DNA of 64,000 nucleotides from positions 183,118 to 247,117 of the forward strand of contig JBJOKS010000001.1 of the NCBI GenBank assembly GCA_046045965.1, read 5' to 3'. Both the position numbers and the translations under genes were made by a program. This stretch comes from Cyanobacteriota bacterium (GTDB lineage: Bacteria > Cyanobacteriota > Cyanobacteriia > Cyanobacteriales > Nostocaceae). Numbering within the stretch: position 1 is the stretch's first letter; each line of letters opens with the position of its first letter. Positions 51,537-62,477 of the stretch are shown here, piece after piece. The notes beneath the pieces are model-generated. The model was not told the origin of the DNA, did no database searches, and was given only the letters and a program-made list of their open reading frames with translations.

Positions 51537-52412
51537 ATGTCTTTAGTTAAAACCCCCCTAATTGGTTTAAAAGCTGACTCATTCCGTCATCCTCTGGACT
51601 TGGAAGCAACTCAAACTCTCAAGCAAATTCCTGGGATAGATATGATGGTCAGAAATTTTCTCGGTCCAATGGCCGAACAGGTTTTTTATGTAGAAAATAT
51701 TGCTTCTAGTGTGTTGGTGGGGGAAAAACAATTACCTGATCTACACAAGTTATTATTAGATGCTTGTAAAACTCTAGACAGTGAACCACCGCAATTATAC
51801 GTTCGTCAACATCCCGCCCCTAATGCTTATACTTTTGCGATGCGGGGTAAACAGCCGTTTGTAGTGCTGCATACTTCTTTAATTGATATGCTCACACCAG
51901 AGGAAATACAAGCAGTAATTGCCCATGAGTTGGGACATCTCAAATGTGACCACAGCGTTTATTTAACACCTGTGAATTTACTCATTTTAGCAGCTGCAAT
52001 TTTACCTAATGTGGGTGCAGCTTTAGCACAAACTTTGCAAGCACAGTTATTAGAATGGGTACGTTGTGCGGAGTTTACTTGCGATCGCGCGGCTTTGTTA
52101 GCTACCCAAAACCCCAAGGTGGTAATGTCTGTATTAATGAAGTTAGCCGGCGGTTCTCCCACTTTAGCACCCCAATTAAATCTTGATGCCTTTGTTGCTC
52201 AAGCTCGTGCTTATGATGACATCAGTAAAACAGAACTTGGGGAAATGGTGAAAGAGGCTCGCACTGCTCAATTAAGCCACCCAGTACCAGTATTGCGAGC
52301 TAGGGAAATTGACCGCTGGAGTAGTAGTTTAGAATACCATAAGCTACTGCAAAATCACGGCTTTAAAGGTGAAACTGAAACCGCACCCAAGGGAGGGTGG
52401 AGAAATTGGTAA
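51537..52412 (+). CDS. M48 family zinc metallopeptidase
   Basis: PNAYT, AHELGH, EFTCDR, SHP..R. Confidence 0.9.
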   Translation: MSLVKTPLIGLKADSFRHPLDLEATQTLKQIPGIDMMVRNFLGPMAEQVFYVENIASSVLVGEKQLPDLHKLLLDACKTLDSEPPQLYVRQHPAPNAYTFAMRGKQPFVVLHTSLIDMLTPEEIQAVIAHELGHLKCDHSVYLTPVNLLILAAAILPNVGAALAQTLQAQLLEWVRCAEFTCDRAALLATQNPKVVMSVLMKLAGGSPTLAPQLNLDAFVAQARAYDDISKTELGEMVKEARTAQLSHPVPVLRAREIDRWSSSLEYHKLLQNHGFKGETETAPKGGWRNW

Positions 52413-52528
52413 ATACAGGGGACTGGGGACTCTTTACTGGGGACTGGGAAAGAAGCAGGGGAAGCAGGGGAAGCAGGGGAGGTTAATAACCCAATCACCA
52501 ATAACCAATGACTAATGACTAATAACTA

Positions 52529-53161
52529 ATGACTATGACCTTAGATTTCATCAGAGTTTCGCCAAACACAGGTAAAACACCATCCGCTTTAATCGTTACC
52601 TTACACGGTTGGGGTGCAAATGCTCAAGATGTAGCATCTTTATTGCCTTATCTCAACTTACCTGATTATGAATTTTTGCTTCCCAATGCACCTTATCCCT
52701 ATCCTTATGCAGACACTGGCAGAGCTTGGTATGATCTGCGAAATGAGAATATGTATCAAGGATTGCCAGAAAGTCGCCAATTGTTAATTGATTGGTTGCA
52801 ATCTTTAGAGAAAAATACAGGAGTACCGTTATCGCGGACTATTTTGAGTGGGTTTTCTCAAGGTGGTGCTATGACTTTGGATGTAGGATTAACCTTACCC
52901 CTGGCTGGTTTGGTGGTGATGAGTGGGTATTTGCATCCTGGTGTAGCCACCCTGAATAAAAGCAGTTTTCCCCCCACATTAATCATGCACGGAACACAAG
53001 ATCAAGTTGTACCATTATCGGCTGCTACTAAAGCTAGAGAAGTGGCACAAGCATTAGGAGTGACAGTAGATTATCATGAATTTGAGATGGGACATGAAAT
53101 CAATTTGCAAATGTTGGAGGTATTGCGAAAATTTGTGATCAAGACAATTGCTAACAGCTAA
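52529..53161 (+). CDS. Phospholipase/carboxylesterase (alpha/beta hydrolase)
   Basis: LHGWG, GFSQGG, HGTQD, MGHEI. Confidence 0.9.
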   Translation: MTMTLDFIRVSPNTGKTPSALIVTLHGWGANAQDVASLLPYLNLPDYEFLLPNAPYPYPYADTGRAWYDLRNENMYQGLPESRQLLIDWLQSLEKNTGVPLSRTILSGFSQGGAMTLDVGLTLPLAGLVVMSGYLHPGVATLNKSSFPPTLIMHGTQDQVVPLSAATKAREVAQALGVTVDYHEFEMGHEINLQMLEVLRKFVIKTIANS

Positions 53162-53312
53162 GTTATCAATTTTTTACATATTTAGGATAAAAATCAGCTA
53201 AATGTTTACAAATTTGATGCCCACTAATGAGTAATATAGATTGGGTGGAAGATTTTAGCGCAACTCCACCTTAAGCTGAATGCGAATGCTGCAAAAGGGA
53301 GGGGCAAGTATT

Positions 53313-53525
53313 ATGACAACTCTAAGCATTTCTAAGAAAGAAATTGCTGCCATGACAGCAACAGATGTAGAAGACTTGGCTACGCGTCTGGAATTAGATA
53401 ATTACAGCAATGCTTTTGAGGGTTTGAATGATTGGCATCTACTGCGAGCAATCGCGTTTCAGCGTCCAGAATTAGTTGAGCCTTATATTCATCTTTTAGA
53501 TTTAGAACCCTACGACGAAGCATAG
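53313..53525 (+). CDS. DUF2555 family small protein
   Basis: LATRLE.D.Y..AFEGLNDWHLLRAIAF; GGAGG RBS before ATG 53313. Confidence 0.75.
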   Translation: MTTLSISKKEIAAMTATDVEDLATRLELDNYSNAFEGLNDWHLLRAIAFQRPELVEPYIHLLDLEPYDEA

Positions 53526-53552
53526 AAATTTTAGCTAACAATTCAGCATCCT

Positions 53553-53580
53553 GTAAGGGTTTAGCAATGCTGAACCCTTA
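53553..53580. repeat. REP-like palindrome at the left edge of the defence island
   Basis: gtaagggtttagcaatgctgaaccctta; related half-copy gtaggggtttagca at 3492. Confidence 0.55.
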
Positions 53581-53782
53581 TAAAAATCATTTTATGCAAT
53601 GAATCAGTACATGAGCCAAATAGATCCATACAAATGGATGCAACAACAATACAAGCTCATACAGAGTGAGCTATGCTATCATTCAACACCTAGATAATTT
53701 GTATAGATTAATTATTTGGTATCATTATAGATAGAATGATATACAGTTTTTTGTATCTAATTAATTAGGAACGGTTGTCATA

Positions 53783-54904
53783 ATGGTAACAAATAATGAA
53801 CAGATGGAATTATTAGATCAAGAAGAGGACTTAGATGATGATTTTAATTTTGAAGAAGATGATAAAAATTTAGAACCCTTTGATCCTACAGAAATTAGAG
53901 TCAAAACTAGACTCATGACAATGGATCTACTACTTAAAAGAATTAAACATGATGAAATTGACTTAGCCCCTGAATTTCAGCGTCATGCTGGTATTTGGAC
54001 AGATAAAAATAAGAGTCGTTTAATTGAATCTCTTTTGATTAGGATTCCTCTTCCTGCATTTTATATAGACGCAACTAATGATGATAAATGGTTAGTAATA
54101 GATGGTTTACAAAGAATTAGTACATTTAAAAAATTCATTCTTGATCAAGAACTTACATTAACTGACCTGCAATTTCTTAAAGATTTAGAAGACAAAAAAT
54201 ATAATGAGTTACCTCGTTCTTATCAAAGAAGAATAGAGGAAACGGAGTTAACAGTCTGTTTAATTGAATCCGGAACTCCTTCCAAAGTTAAATATAATAT
54301 TTTCCAAAGAATAAATACTGGTGGTTTACCTCTTAATAACCAAGAATTACGCCAAGCAATGAACCCTGGTAAATCTTTAACAGTTCTCAAGGAATTTGCT
54401 AAATTATTAGAGTTTAAGCGATTAATTAATCTCAGTGATAAGAAAAAACAAAGAATGGATGATCATGAATTTATTATAGGTTTTATTGCCTTTTCATTAA
54501 CATCTTATGAAAATTATCCAGTGGAGGAAGGAAGAAACGAGTTTTTAAATAAAGCTATGGAAAAATTAAATAAACTAGATAATTCTTTAATAGAGGATAT
54601 TAGACATAGTTTTATTAAATCAATGAAAGCAGCAGATCGTATTTTTGGCAATTCTGCTTTTCGTAAATCATCAAGTTCTCCTGTTAATAAATCTCTTTTT
54701 GAAACATGGTCAGTTACTTTAAGTAAATTAAACTCACAAGAAATTGATATATTGATTAATCAAAAAGAATTATTAAAAAAAAGATTTATCGAAAAAATGC
54801 GAACCGATAATGATTTTAATAAATCTATTTCTCAAGCAGCTAATAGAGTTAAGTACAGATTTGAACAAATTAATCAAATAGTTCAAGAGGTTTTATCATG
54901 CTAA
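53783..54904 (+). CDS. DUF262 (ParB-like) protein, Menshen NsnA-like
   Basis: PEFQR, W...SRLIESLL..IPLP, VIDGLQR, FQRINTGG.PL..QELR. Confidence 0.88.
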   Translation: MVTNNEQMELLDQEEDLDDDFNFEEDDKNLEPFDPTEIRVKTRLMTMDLLLKRIKHDEIDLAPEFQRHAGIWTDKNKSRLIESLLIRIPLPAFYIDATNDDKWLVIDGLQRISTFKKFILDQELTLTDLQFLKDLEDKKYNELPRSYQRRIEETELTVCLIESGTPSKVKYNIFQRINTGGLPLNNQELRQAMNPGKSLTVLKEFAKLLEFKRLINLSDKKKQRMDDHEFIIGFIAFSLTSYENYPVEEGRNEFLNKAMEKLNKLDNSLIEDIRHSFIKSMKAADRIFGNSAFRKSSSSPVNKSLFETWSVTLSKLNSQEIDILINQKELLKKRFIEKMRTDNDFNKSISQAANRVKYRFEQINQIVQEVLSC

Positions 54905-55995
54905 ATTCTTTAACTTTAAAAAATTTTAAGCCATTTGAAGATCAGTCTTTTTCTTTAAAGCCATTAACATTACTTTCAGGATTAAATAGCACTGGTAAGT
55001 CCTCCGTACTGCAATCTTTATTACTTTTACGTCAATCCTATCAACAAGATTTATTATATGATGTAGGTTTGGCATTAAACGGTGATTTAGTCTCTATAGG
55101 TACTGGACAAGATGCACTTTTCAAAAGAGCTAAAGAAGATTCAATAACTTTAGAAATTGGCATGAATAATGATATTAAAGGTACTTGGATTTTTGATTAT
55201 GATCGTCAATCAGATGTAATCCAAATATCTGACTTTTCTATTGTTGATGACAAACTTTATAGTTCAAGTCTGTTTACCGATAAATTTCATTACTTAAAAG
55301 CCGAAAGAATAGCACCTAGAAATTATTTTGAAATGTCGGATTTTCAGGTTAAACGACATAATCAAATTGGCAGCCAAGGAGAATTTACTGCTCATTTTTT
55401 AGCTATAAATGAATTTAAAAAAATTCCACATCATCAACTATCACACCCATCATTAAAGTCTGAGAATTTACGAAATCAAGTTGAAGCTTGGCTTGGAGAA
55501 ATTAGCCCAGGAACAAGAATTGATATAGAACTGCATTCAGCAATGGATGTAGTAAATTTACAATATTCTTATGAAGATAATAATTCCTATCGTTCAACTA
55601 ATGTAGGTTTTGGAATTACCTATACTTTACCAATTATTGTTGCTATATTATCAGCTAGTTCAGATACATTGATTTTATTAGAAAATCCAGAAGCACATCT
55701 TCATCCTAGAGGACAATCTAAGATGGGAGAACTAATTGCATTAGCAGCAAGTTGTGGTATTCAAATAATATTAGAAACTCATAGCGATCATGTTCTCAAT
55801 GGTATTCGTAAAGCAGTAAAATATAAAAAACTTGAGGCTGATAAAGTGCAAATTAACTATTTTGAAAGATATTTAAAAAAAGGACAACCAACTACAGAAA
55901 TTATTACTCCTCGAATTTATCCAGATGGAGGAATTGATAAATGGCCAGATGGATTTTTTGATCAAGCTGAAAAAGATTTAATGGAGTTACTATAA
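54898..55995 (+). CDS. AAA_15/ABC-type ATPase with C-terminal DUF3696, Menshen NsnB-like
   Basis: LKNFK, SGLNSTGKSS, VGFGI, ENPEAHLHP, ETHSDH, C-terminal WPDGFFDQ. Confidence 0.88.
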   Translation: MLNSLTLKNFKPFEDQSFSLKPLTLLSGLNSTGKSSVLQSLLLLRQSYQQDLLYDVGLALNGDLVSIGTGQDALFKRAKEDSITLEIGMNNDIKGTWIFDYDRQSDVIQISDFSIVDDKLYSSSLFTDKFHYLKAERIAPRNYFEMSDFQVKRHNQIGSQGEFTAHFLAINEFKKIPHHQLSHPSLKSENLRNQVEAWLGEISPGTRIDIELHSAMDVVNLQYSYEDNNSYRSTNVGFGITYTLPIIVAILSASSDTLILLENPEAHLHPRGQSKMGELIALAASCGIQIILETHSDHVLNGIRKAVKYKKLEADKVQINYFERYLKKGQPTTEIITPRIYPDGGIDKWPDGFFDQAEKDLMELL

Positions 55996-56487
55996 ATGCA
56001 CTTTTTAATTAACGAACTTTCTTTTATTGGACAAGCATATAATAATTATGAAGCTGATGAATTAATGAAAAATATTTTAGAAATTATTCAAGAAATCAGT
56101 GTTATTCAAAATGGTTATCCGATCCAAACTCATAGCAATTTTGCTGCTCAAAAACTATCATCTGAATTAACGATTAGTCAATGGATTTTTCAGAATAAAA
56201 ACTCAAAAAATTCTGATCAACAAAAGATTGCTATGATTTTACTGAGACTTTTAAGCAAAGGTCCTTTTATAGATGTACAGGATTTACTCAATAATTGCCA
56301 ATGTCATTATCAAAAACAAGATGTTTCATCCAGTTCATTAGCTTTATGGATATGATAAGAAAACTGATAAATTCTATGTATTTCATGCAGATAATACTTT
56401 TGATGAACAAGGTTATCCAACTTATCATGGATTTCCAATTTCTGAAGATCAAGTTCCTAAAGAAGTATTAAATAAAATAAAGAGATA
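55996..56487 (+). pseudogene. Third gene of the defence operon (putative effector), apparently broken
   Basis: ORF stops at 56355, but a shifted frame from ~56342 reads LYGYDKKTDKFYVFHADNTFDEQGYPTYHGFPISEDQVPKEVL and runs into the coaBC start. Confidence 0.55.
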
Positions 56488-57702
56488 ATGCCATCATCTG
56501 TAAATCCCAAATCAAAAAAAGTTCTCATTGCTATAGGCGGTGGTATTGCAGCCTATAAAGTCTGTGAATTGGTTTCTACCTTGTTTAAATCTGGGGTAGA
56601 AGTGCGGGTTATTCTCACTAATTCTGCTCAAGCGTTTATCACACCTTTGACTTTAGCAACTTTATCTCGTCATCAAGCTTATACAGATGCAGATTTTTGG
56701 CAACCTATCTATGAGCGTCCGTTGCATATAGAATTAGGTGAATGGGCTGATTTAATTGTGATCGCGCCTTTAACTGCTAATACTTTGGCTAAGTTAGCCT
56801 ATGGGATGGCAGATAATTTGTTGACGAATACAGTCCTCGCTTCTACTTGTCCCGTATTGTTAGCACCGGCAATGAATACAGATATGTGGGAACAGGTAGC
56901 GGTGCAAAGAAATTGGCAACAGGTATTGACAGATAATAGATTTTGTGGTATGAGTACGGGGTCTGGGTTGCTGGCTTGCGATCGCATCGGTGCTGGTAGA
57001 ATGGCAGAACCTGAAGAAATATTTGCCTATATTCAATCTTTATTACATACCCAAGGAAACCGAGATTTAAGCGGGAAGCGGGTTTTAATCAGTGCTGGGG
57101 GAACGCGAGAATATTTAGATCCGGTGCGGTTTATTGGCAATCCTTCAACGGGTAAAATGGGTTTAGCATTAGCACAGGCAGCACTGCACAGAGGCGCAGA
57201 AGTTACATTAGTGCATTGTCCAGCGAGTTGGGATGTACCTTTGGGAGTGGAAGCAATTTCTGTAATTAGTGCAGACCAAATGCAGCAGGTAATGTTAGAG
57301 CGTTTACCCAATGCAGATATAATTATTATGTCTGCCGCAGTTGCAGATGTAAAGCCTAAAGATTATAGTACAGAAAAATTACCTAAGCGATCGCTTCCTG
57401 AAAATTTACCCCTTGCACCAGTACCGGATATAGTTGCTGAACTAGGGAAAATTAAACAACCCCATCAATATTTAATTGGTTTTGCAGCACAAACAGGGGA
57501 TATTGTAACACCTGCAAAAGAGAAATTACAAACAAAGAAATTAGATGCAATTGTAGCCAACCCCATTGATAAAATTGATAGTGGTTTTGGTAGTGATAAT
57601 AATCAAGCGGTGTTTTTAGATAAACAAGGAAAAGAGGTAGAAATTCCCCCTTGTTCTAAATTGGAAATGGCGCATTATTTGTTTGATTTTGTTGTTTCAT
57701 GA
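56488..57702 (+). CDS. coaBC: Bifunctional phosphopantothenoylcysteine decarboxylase / phosphopantothenate-cysteine ligase
   Basis: [51 protein letters not shown]. Confidence 0.95.
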   Translation: MPSSVNPKSKKVLIAIGGGIAAYKVCELVSTLFKSGVEVRVILTNSAQAFITPLTLATLSRHQAYTDADFWQPIYERPLHIELGEWADLIVIAPLTANTLAKLAYGMADNLLTNTVLASTCPVLLAPAMNTDMWEQVAVQRNWQQVLTDNRFCGMSTGSGLLACDRIGAGRMAEPEEIFAYIQSLLHTQGNRDLSGKRVLISAGGTREYLDPVRFIGNPSTGKMGLALAQAALHRGAEVTLVHCPASWDVPLGVEAISVISADQMQQVMLERLPNADIIIMSAAVADVKPKDYSTEKLPKRSLPENLPLAPVPDIVAELGKIKQPHQYLIGFAAQTGDIVTPAKEKLQTKKLDAIVANPIDKIDSGFGSDNNQAVFLDKQGKEVEIPPCSKLEMAHYLFDFVVS

Positions 57703-57773
57703 AATGGGAATCCCCGTACCTAAACGGGGACTCTCAAGGAGAATTTCGACGTAGTTGATCTATGGACAGATCA

Positions 57774-59795
57774 CTATTTTCCGAAGAAATCAATTACGCG
57801 GTCAGCCACGCCTTTACCTGCTTGGACTTCAGGAAGTCGATCCATCTGGAGTTTCACATTACCCTGAGGAGTCTTGATAATAAAGAGTTCTTCCTCTGGT
57901 GATTGAGCAGCAGATATTCTACCTAGAGGTTCTGCTTCAGCGACCGGTATCTGAGTTACTCCCGCAGATGGCAGATGCACCCCGCCAAAAATACGGCTGG
58001 CAGCATTAGCTTCTACGGCTGCACTGATGGTGTTGTAAGTGATAGCCACACCGGGTAGGTCTTGGGAAGGAACGGTGAAACGTGTGTTATCCCCGAAGAA
58101 ATTAATCAACACTTGTCCTGCGGCGGAGCCAAATGCAGCGTGTCCAGAGTTGTAGTCTGGAAAAGGTGGGGTGATGGGGGTTTCAAAGAACCGTTCAGGT
58201 TCATGATAGGAAATCAGTGGTAGCCAGTTGGGATCGCGAACTGCTCCTGATGTGAAGAGGGGGTTGTCTTGGCGGATGGCTTGAATCGGTCGTAATTGAT
58301 TGTAGGTGTACTTGGAATCCCAAGTGAGAATGCCTATATCAGCCTGTGCAGCGTTCAACTGAGCAAATAAAAGGGCGTTTTGATTTAGCGTATTACCCTT
58401 ATCTAAAGCAATTTGTTGGGCGTACTGATTCCACTGTCCGGGTGGTCTAAAGGTGTTGGCACGATCTAAAGCCCAGAAGATCGCAGTTTTGGTCTGGTCG
58501 GCAGTGCGAGTAATGGTCGTTTTATTAGTGTTACGGAAAGCACCTACTTGCCGAACAAGATTCTGTTCATCTCGGAACTGTGGGCTATTAAATGCTGGTG
58601 GTCCAGATAGTCCAAACTCTTGCAGACGAGGAAGAGGATTTAATGGGTCGCGAACGGGTATGTTAGGTGAAAAGGGTTTAACCGATCCCCAGCCTGGCAA
58701 TGCTGCTGCTGAAAAGTTGGGGAAAACCGGTTGCCATTCGCCTGGTGCAGTTCCACCTGTGTAAACTGACTGCAATGCTTCCGCTAAACCGTCATTGCTC
58801 CGCAAATTCAGTATGTGATTAGCAACTGCTGTTCCTACAGCTATACCATTGCTCTTAGCCGTACCATTGGGTATTTTTGCCAAAGAGGCTGCCAATTGGC
58901 GATCAAATACAGGTCTGAGATTGGGATCTGGGAAGAGATTAATTAAAGCTGTATAAGCCGCTTGGTTAGCTGCTGCTCTCGGGTTGGCAGGGCCGGTAAG
59001 ACCAAGGCTGGCAGGGGTTACTGTGACAGCGTAAGGTCTACCGATGCGGCTGATCGAGTTGACAGCATCATAGATTGACAGGTGAACGATCGCCTGATTA
59101 CGTGCTGCTATTGGGGGTGCAGTGCCACCTCTAGCTAAAACAGCGCCATTTTCACGTTCAATCCCCGTGATCAAGATGGCATTCAGAAGCGTCGCATTCC
59201 AAATAATGACAGGGTCGCCAGCATTAATCAACGTTTCCGCCACTTTACCTGTTTGAGAGGTCTGAGGAATGTTAGTGTCAACCTCAGCAATAAGATGGTA
59301 AGCTCCTGGGGCGACAACACTGGGACTCACGAAATTAGCGCCAGCCAGGTTCACCGTCACAGTTTTAGACCTACCAGGAAGCAACCTCAGAGATGGAATT
59401 GTGTAAGTTCCCAGCAGCTCGTCTGTACCGACCAGAGGATCGTTGATGGTAGTACCCAACGTCGATACTTGCAGGACGGTTTTAGGTGTACTTAGGGGGT
59501 TTTTATCAAGAATTGAGTCTGGCGATACATATACATTGACATTTAAAGGTCTATCAAACGTTGCTGTACCGCGATTACTAACAACTAGGTTAAAACTACC
59601 GCTCTTGGGACCTGCACCTAATATTGTGGGCTTTTGATTGACTTTAGCAATCCTGATTTGGATATCTGGCACTATTTGAGCATAACCTGCTGCTGGGAGC
59701 ATAGCCAAACCCAGCACAGATGCAGCTGCCGCGCTTTTGGCAAATAACGAAATAGACTGGGAAATGCTATTCAACCTAACTAGAGAGTCTGCCAT
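57774..59795 (-). CDS. Secreted vanadium-haloperoxidase/PAP2-superfamily protein with an N-terminal Ig/CARDB-like domain
   Basis: Signal-like AMLPAAGYAQ; KYTYNQLRP, PPFPDYNSGH, SRIFGGVH active-site motifs; visibly higher GC than neighbours; start set at ATG 59795. Confidence 0.8.
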   Translation of the reverse strand: MADSLVRLNSISQSISLFAKSAAAASVLGLAMLPAAGYAQIVPDIQIRIAKVNQKPTILGAGPKSGSFNLVVSNRGTATFDRPLNVNVYVSPDSILDKNPLSTPKTVLQVSTLGTTINDPLVGTDELLGTYTIPSLRLLPGRSKTVTVNLAGANFVSPSVVAPGAYHLIAEVDTNIPQTSQTGKVAETLINAGDPVIIWNATLLNAILITGIERENGAVLARGGTAPPIAARNQAIVHLSIYDAVNSISRIGRPYAVTVTPASLGLTGPANPRAAANQAAYTALINLFPDPNLRPVFDRQLAASLAKIPNGTAKSNGIAVGTAVANHILNLRSNDGLAEALQSVYTGGTAPGEWQPVFPNFSAAALPGWGSVKPFSPNIPVRDPLNPLPRLQEFGLSGPPAFNSPQFRDEQNLVRQVGAFRNTNKTTITRTADQTKTAIFWALDRANTFRPPGQWNQYAQQIALDKGNTLNQNALLFAQLNAAQADIGILTWDSKYTYNQLRPIQAIRQDNPLFTSGAVRDPNWLPLISYHEPERFFETPITPPFPDYNSGHAAFGSAAGQVLINFFGDNTRFTVPSQDLPGVAITYNTISAAVEANAASRIFGGVHLPSAGVTQIPVAEAEPLGRISAAQSPEEELFIIKTPQGNVKLQMDRLPEVQAGKGVADRVIDFFGK

Positions 59796-60470
59796 GAATT
59801 TGTACTCTTTTTTAGTCGTAGAAGATGAGTTGGTACTTGAAGAAATGCAAACCATATGGATGGACAGAATGCTTGCCTAGCTGTTAGTAGCAGGCTAATA
59901 TTGCCGCAGATGGAAGCATAATTTGTCCATTTCTGCGGCTTTTATGCATAACCCTGAGAGAAGCTAATTACACTTATAATTTTGGAGAAGTGAGCATCTT
60001 CACCACTTTGTCAATCAATAAGTATAGTTACGAACACTAACTATATGTTATGTATCATAAACAAATATTTATCTGGGTTTCTTTAACAAATTTTTATATT
60101 CTGACATTAGTGATTTTTAATACATTAATCACAGTCGCCATTTTTGTGCGTCTGAGTGCATATAGCAAAATTGCGGCGATCGCTAATGTGATTTTATTAT
60201 GATTACCAAATTATTAGGAGAAAAAGAAATTTTAGAAAAAGTAGACATTGAATGGGTAGGAACTTCTATAGGTGAAGGTAAAATAGGGAAAATTACTTTT
60301 TGATAAAATCTTGTAGTGAAAATACTGTGCAAATGTAACAGGTTACACGTTTATATACTGCCAAACGTTGTAGGTTCTTCTCTTAGTAAGGATTTATGCT
60401 ACAATAATAATCAGTTTAGTAAAATTTTAGCTTAAAAGAAATGGATATTACCACTGGAGGTAAATCATAA

Positions 60471-60695
60471 ATGCTAAACAATCAGTCTATTACTGAAATG
60501 ACTTTAGAGGATTTAGAATCATTAATTAATAGAATTGTAGATGAAAAAATTAATCAAATCAATCTTTCTAAAGATAACCAAATAGAACGAACTGAACTGG
60601 TGAATAAAATACACAATTTACAGGAAAGTTTAAAGCAAAAATATGGAGTATTTCCTAATTTAACCGAATTATTGCGAGAAGATAGAGAAAGATGA
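60471..60695 (+). CDS. Putative VapB-type antitoxin
   Basis: 74 aa, GGAGG RBS, C-terminal LLREDRER, ATGA overlap with the PIN gene. Confidence 0.7.
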   Translation: MLNNQSITEMTLEDLESLINRIVDEKINQINLSKDNQIERTELVNKIHNLQESLKQKYGVFPNLTELLREDRER

Positions 60696-61126
60696 TTTTA
60701 GATAAGATTGTCATTGATAGTAGTATAGTCATTAAATGGTTTATTGCTCAAGATTATTCATTAGAAGCAAATAAAATTCTTGATGCTTATAAATCACCAC
60801 AACTTACCTTAATTGCACCAGACTTAATTTATGCAGAAGTTGGTAATATTCTTTGGAAAATACAACGATTTCAAGGTTTAAATAATCAAGATGCTGAAAT
60901 GATACTTGATTTATTATATCAAATGCGATTTTAAATAGTTCCTGCTAATGAATTATTAAAAGATGCTTATCAGTTTGCAGTCAATTATCAAAGAACTTTT
61001 TATGATAGTCTTTACGTAGTTTTAAGTATTAGAGAAAACTGTAAATTTATTACTGCTGATGAAAAATTGTACAATTATATTCATGGGAAAATACCAAATA
61101 TTCAACTGATAAAAGATTGGATTTAA
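60692..61126 (+). pseudogene. VapC/PIN toxin with an in-frame nonsense codon at 60932-60934
   Basis: VIDSSIVIKW, AEVGN..WK, then TAA, then in frame TFYDSLYV..FITADEKL to TAA 61126. Confidence 0.85.
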
Positions 61127-61186
61127 GTTAATTATTGGAAATGAAGGACAAAGCCTAAAAACTTCATCCTTCACCCCTATTAATAA

Positions 61187-62389
61187 TTACGCTTCATCCA
61201 AAGCTGCAATACCAGGTAAAACCTTACCTTCTAACAACTCCAAACTAGCACCACCACCGGTAGAAATGTGGCTCATTTGATCAGCTAAACCAACCTTTTC
61301 TACAGCCGCTACAGAGTCACCACCACCGATAATGGTTGTTGTGCCGGTTTTGCCGATTTCTGCTAAAGTATGAGCGATCGCTTCAGTACCTACAGCAAAT
61401 TTATCAAACTCGAACACACCCATAGGACCATTCCAGATCACAGTCTTACAGTCAGCCAAAGCTTCTTGGAAAACCTTCACAGAGTCAGGACCAATATCCA
61501 AACCCATACCATCGGCAGGGATATTTTCAATGCTCACAGTGGTAGCATTAGCATCAGGCGCAAACTTATCTGCGGAAACGATATCAGTAGGCAATAAGAA
61601 AGTTACACCCTTTTCTTTAGCTTTCGCTTCCAAAGACTTCGCCAACTCTAACTTATCTTCTTCTACCAAAGACTTACCCACATTCAAACCACGCGCTTTG
61701 TAGAATGTAAATATCATTCCCCCACCGATGATCAACTTATCGCATTTTTCTAAAAGGGTTTCAATCACACCAATTTTGCTAGAAACCTTAGAACCACCGA
61801 TAATAGCCGCTAAAGGACGTTGAGGAACTTCAATTGCACTTTGTAAATATTGCAATTCCTTCTCAACCAAATAACCAGCTACGGAAGGACTTAAATACTT
61901 AGTTACACCTTCAGTAGAAGCATGAGCGCGGTGAGCAGTACCAAACGCATCATTAACATAAAAATCAGCGTTAGCTGCCAATTTTTGAGCAAATTCAGGA
62001 TCGTTCTTTTCCTCTTCAGCATAGAAGCGGACGTTTTCTAATAACAGCACTTGGCCATTTTGCAACGCACCAACCGCAGCAGCAACTTCATCACCAATAC
62101 AGTCATCAGTTTTGACAACTTCTTGTCCTAACAACTCGGAAAGACGTTTAGCAACAGGTGTGAGACGTAATTTGTCATTTACACCCTTGGGACGACCGAA
62201 ATGACTTGCTAAAATGACTTTAGAACCCTTTTTGGTCAAATCTTGGATAGTTGGCAGCGCAGCCCGAATCCGGGTATCATCGGTAATGTTGCCTTGCTCA
62301 TCCACAGGCACGTTAAAATCAACCCGCACCAAAGCGCGTTTTCCAGATATATCAGCCGCAGATAAACTTGCTAAACTTTTTTTCGACAC
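61187..62389 (-). CDS. pgk: Phosphoglycerate kinase
   Basis: [42 protein letters not shown]. Confidence 0.97.
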   Translation of the reverse strand: MSKKSLASLSAADISGKRALVRVDFNVPVDEQGNITDDTRIRAALPTIQDLTKKGSKVILASHFGRPKGVNDKLRLTPVAKRLSELLGQEVVKTDDCIGDEVAAAVGALQNGQVLLLENVRFYAEEEKNDPEFAQKLAANADFYVNDAFGTAHRAHASTEGVTKYLSPSVAGYLVEKELQYLQSAIEVPQRPLAAIIGGSKVSSKIGVIETLLEKCDKLIIGGGMIFTFYKARGLNVGKSLVEEDKLELAKSLEAKAKEKGVTFLLPTDIVSADKFAPDANATTVSIENIPADGMGLDIGPDSVKVFQEALADCKTVIWNGPMGVFEFDKFAVGTEAIAHTLAEIGKTGTTTIIGGGDSVAAVEKVGLADQMSHISTGGGASLELLEGKVLPGIAALDEA

Positions 62390-62477
62390 AGCCAGATCCT
62401 CCTGATTGCCTTTTTGTTATTGTTTTGAAAGTATAACCATCAAGATTTTACCGGAGTGCGGGGTGCTGAGGTGATAT

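Noticed and set aside
59875..59945. Hairpins upstream of the haloperoxidase gene as a riboswitch
   Set aside because: A strong stem (gccgcaga..tctgcggc) exists, but I recognise no aptamer consensus; needs an Infernal search.
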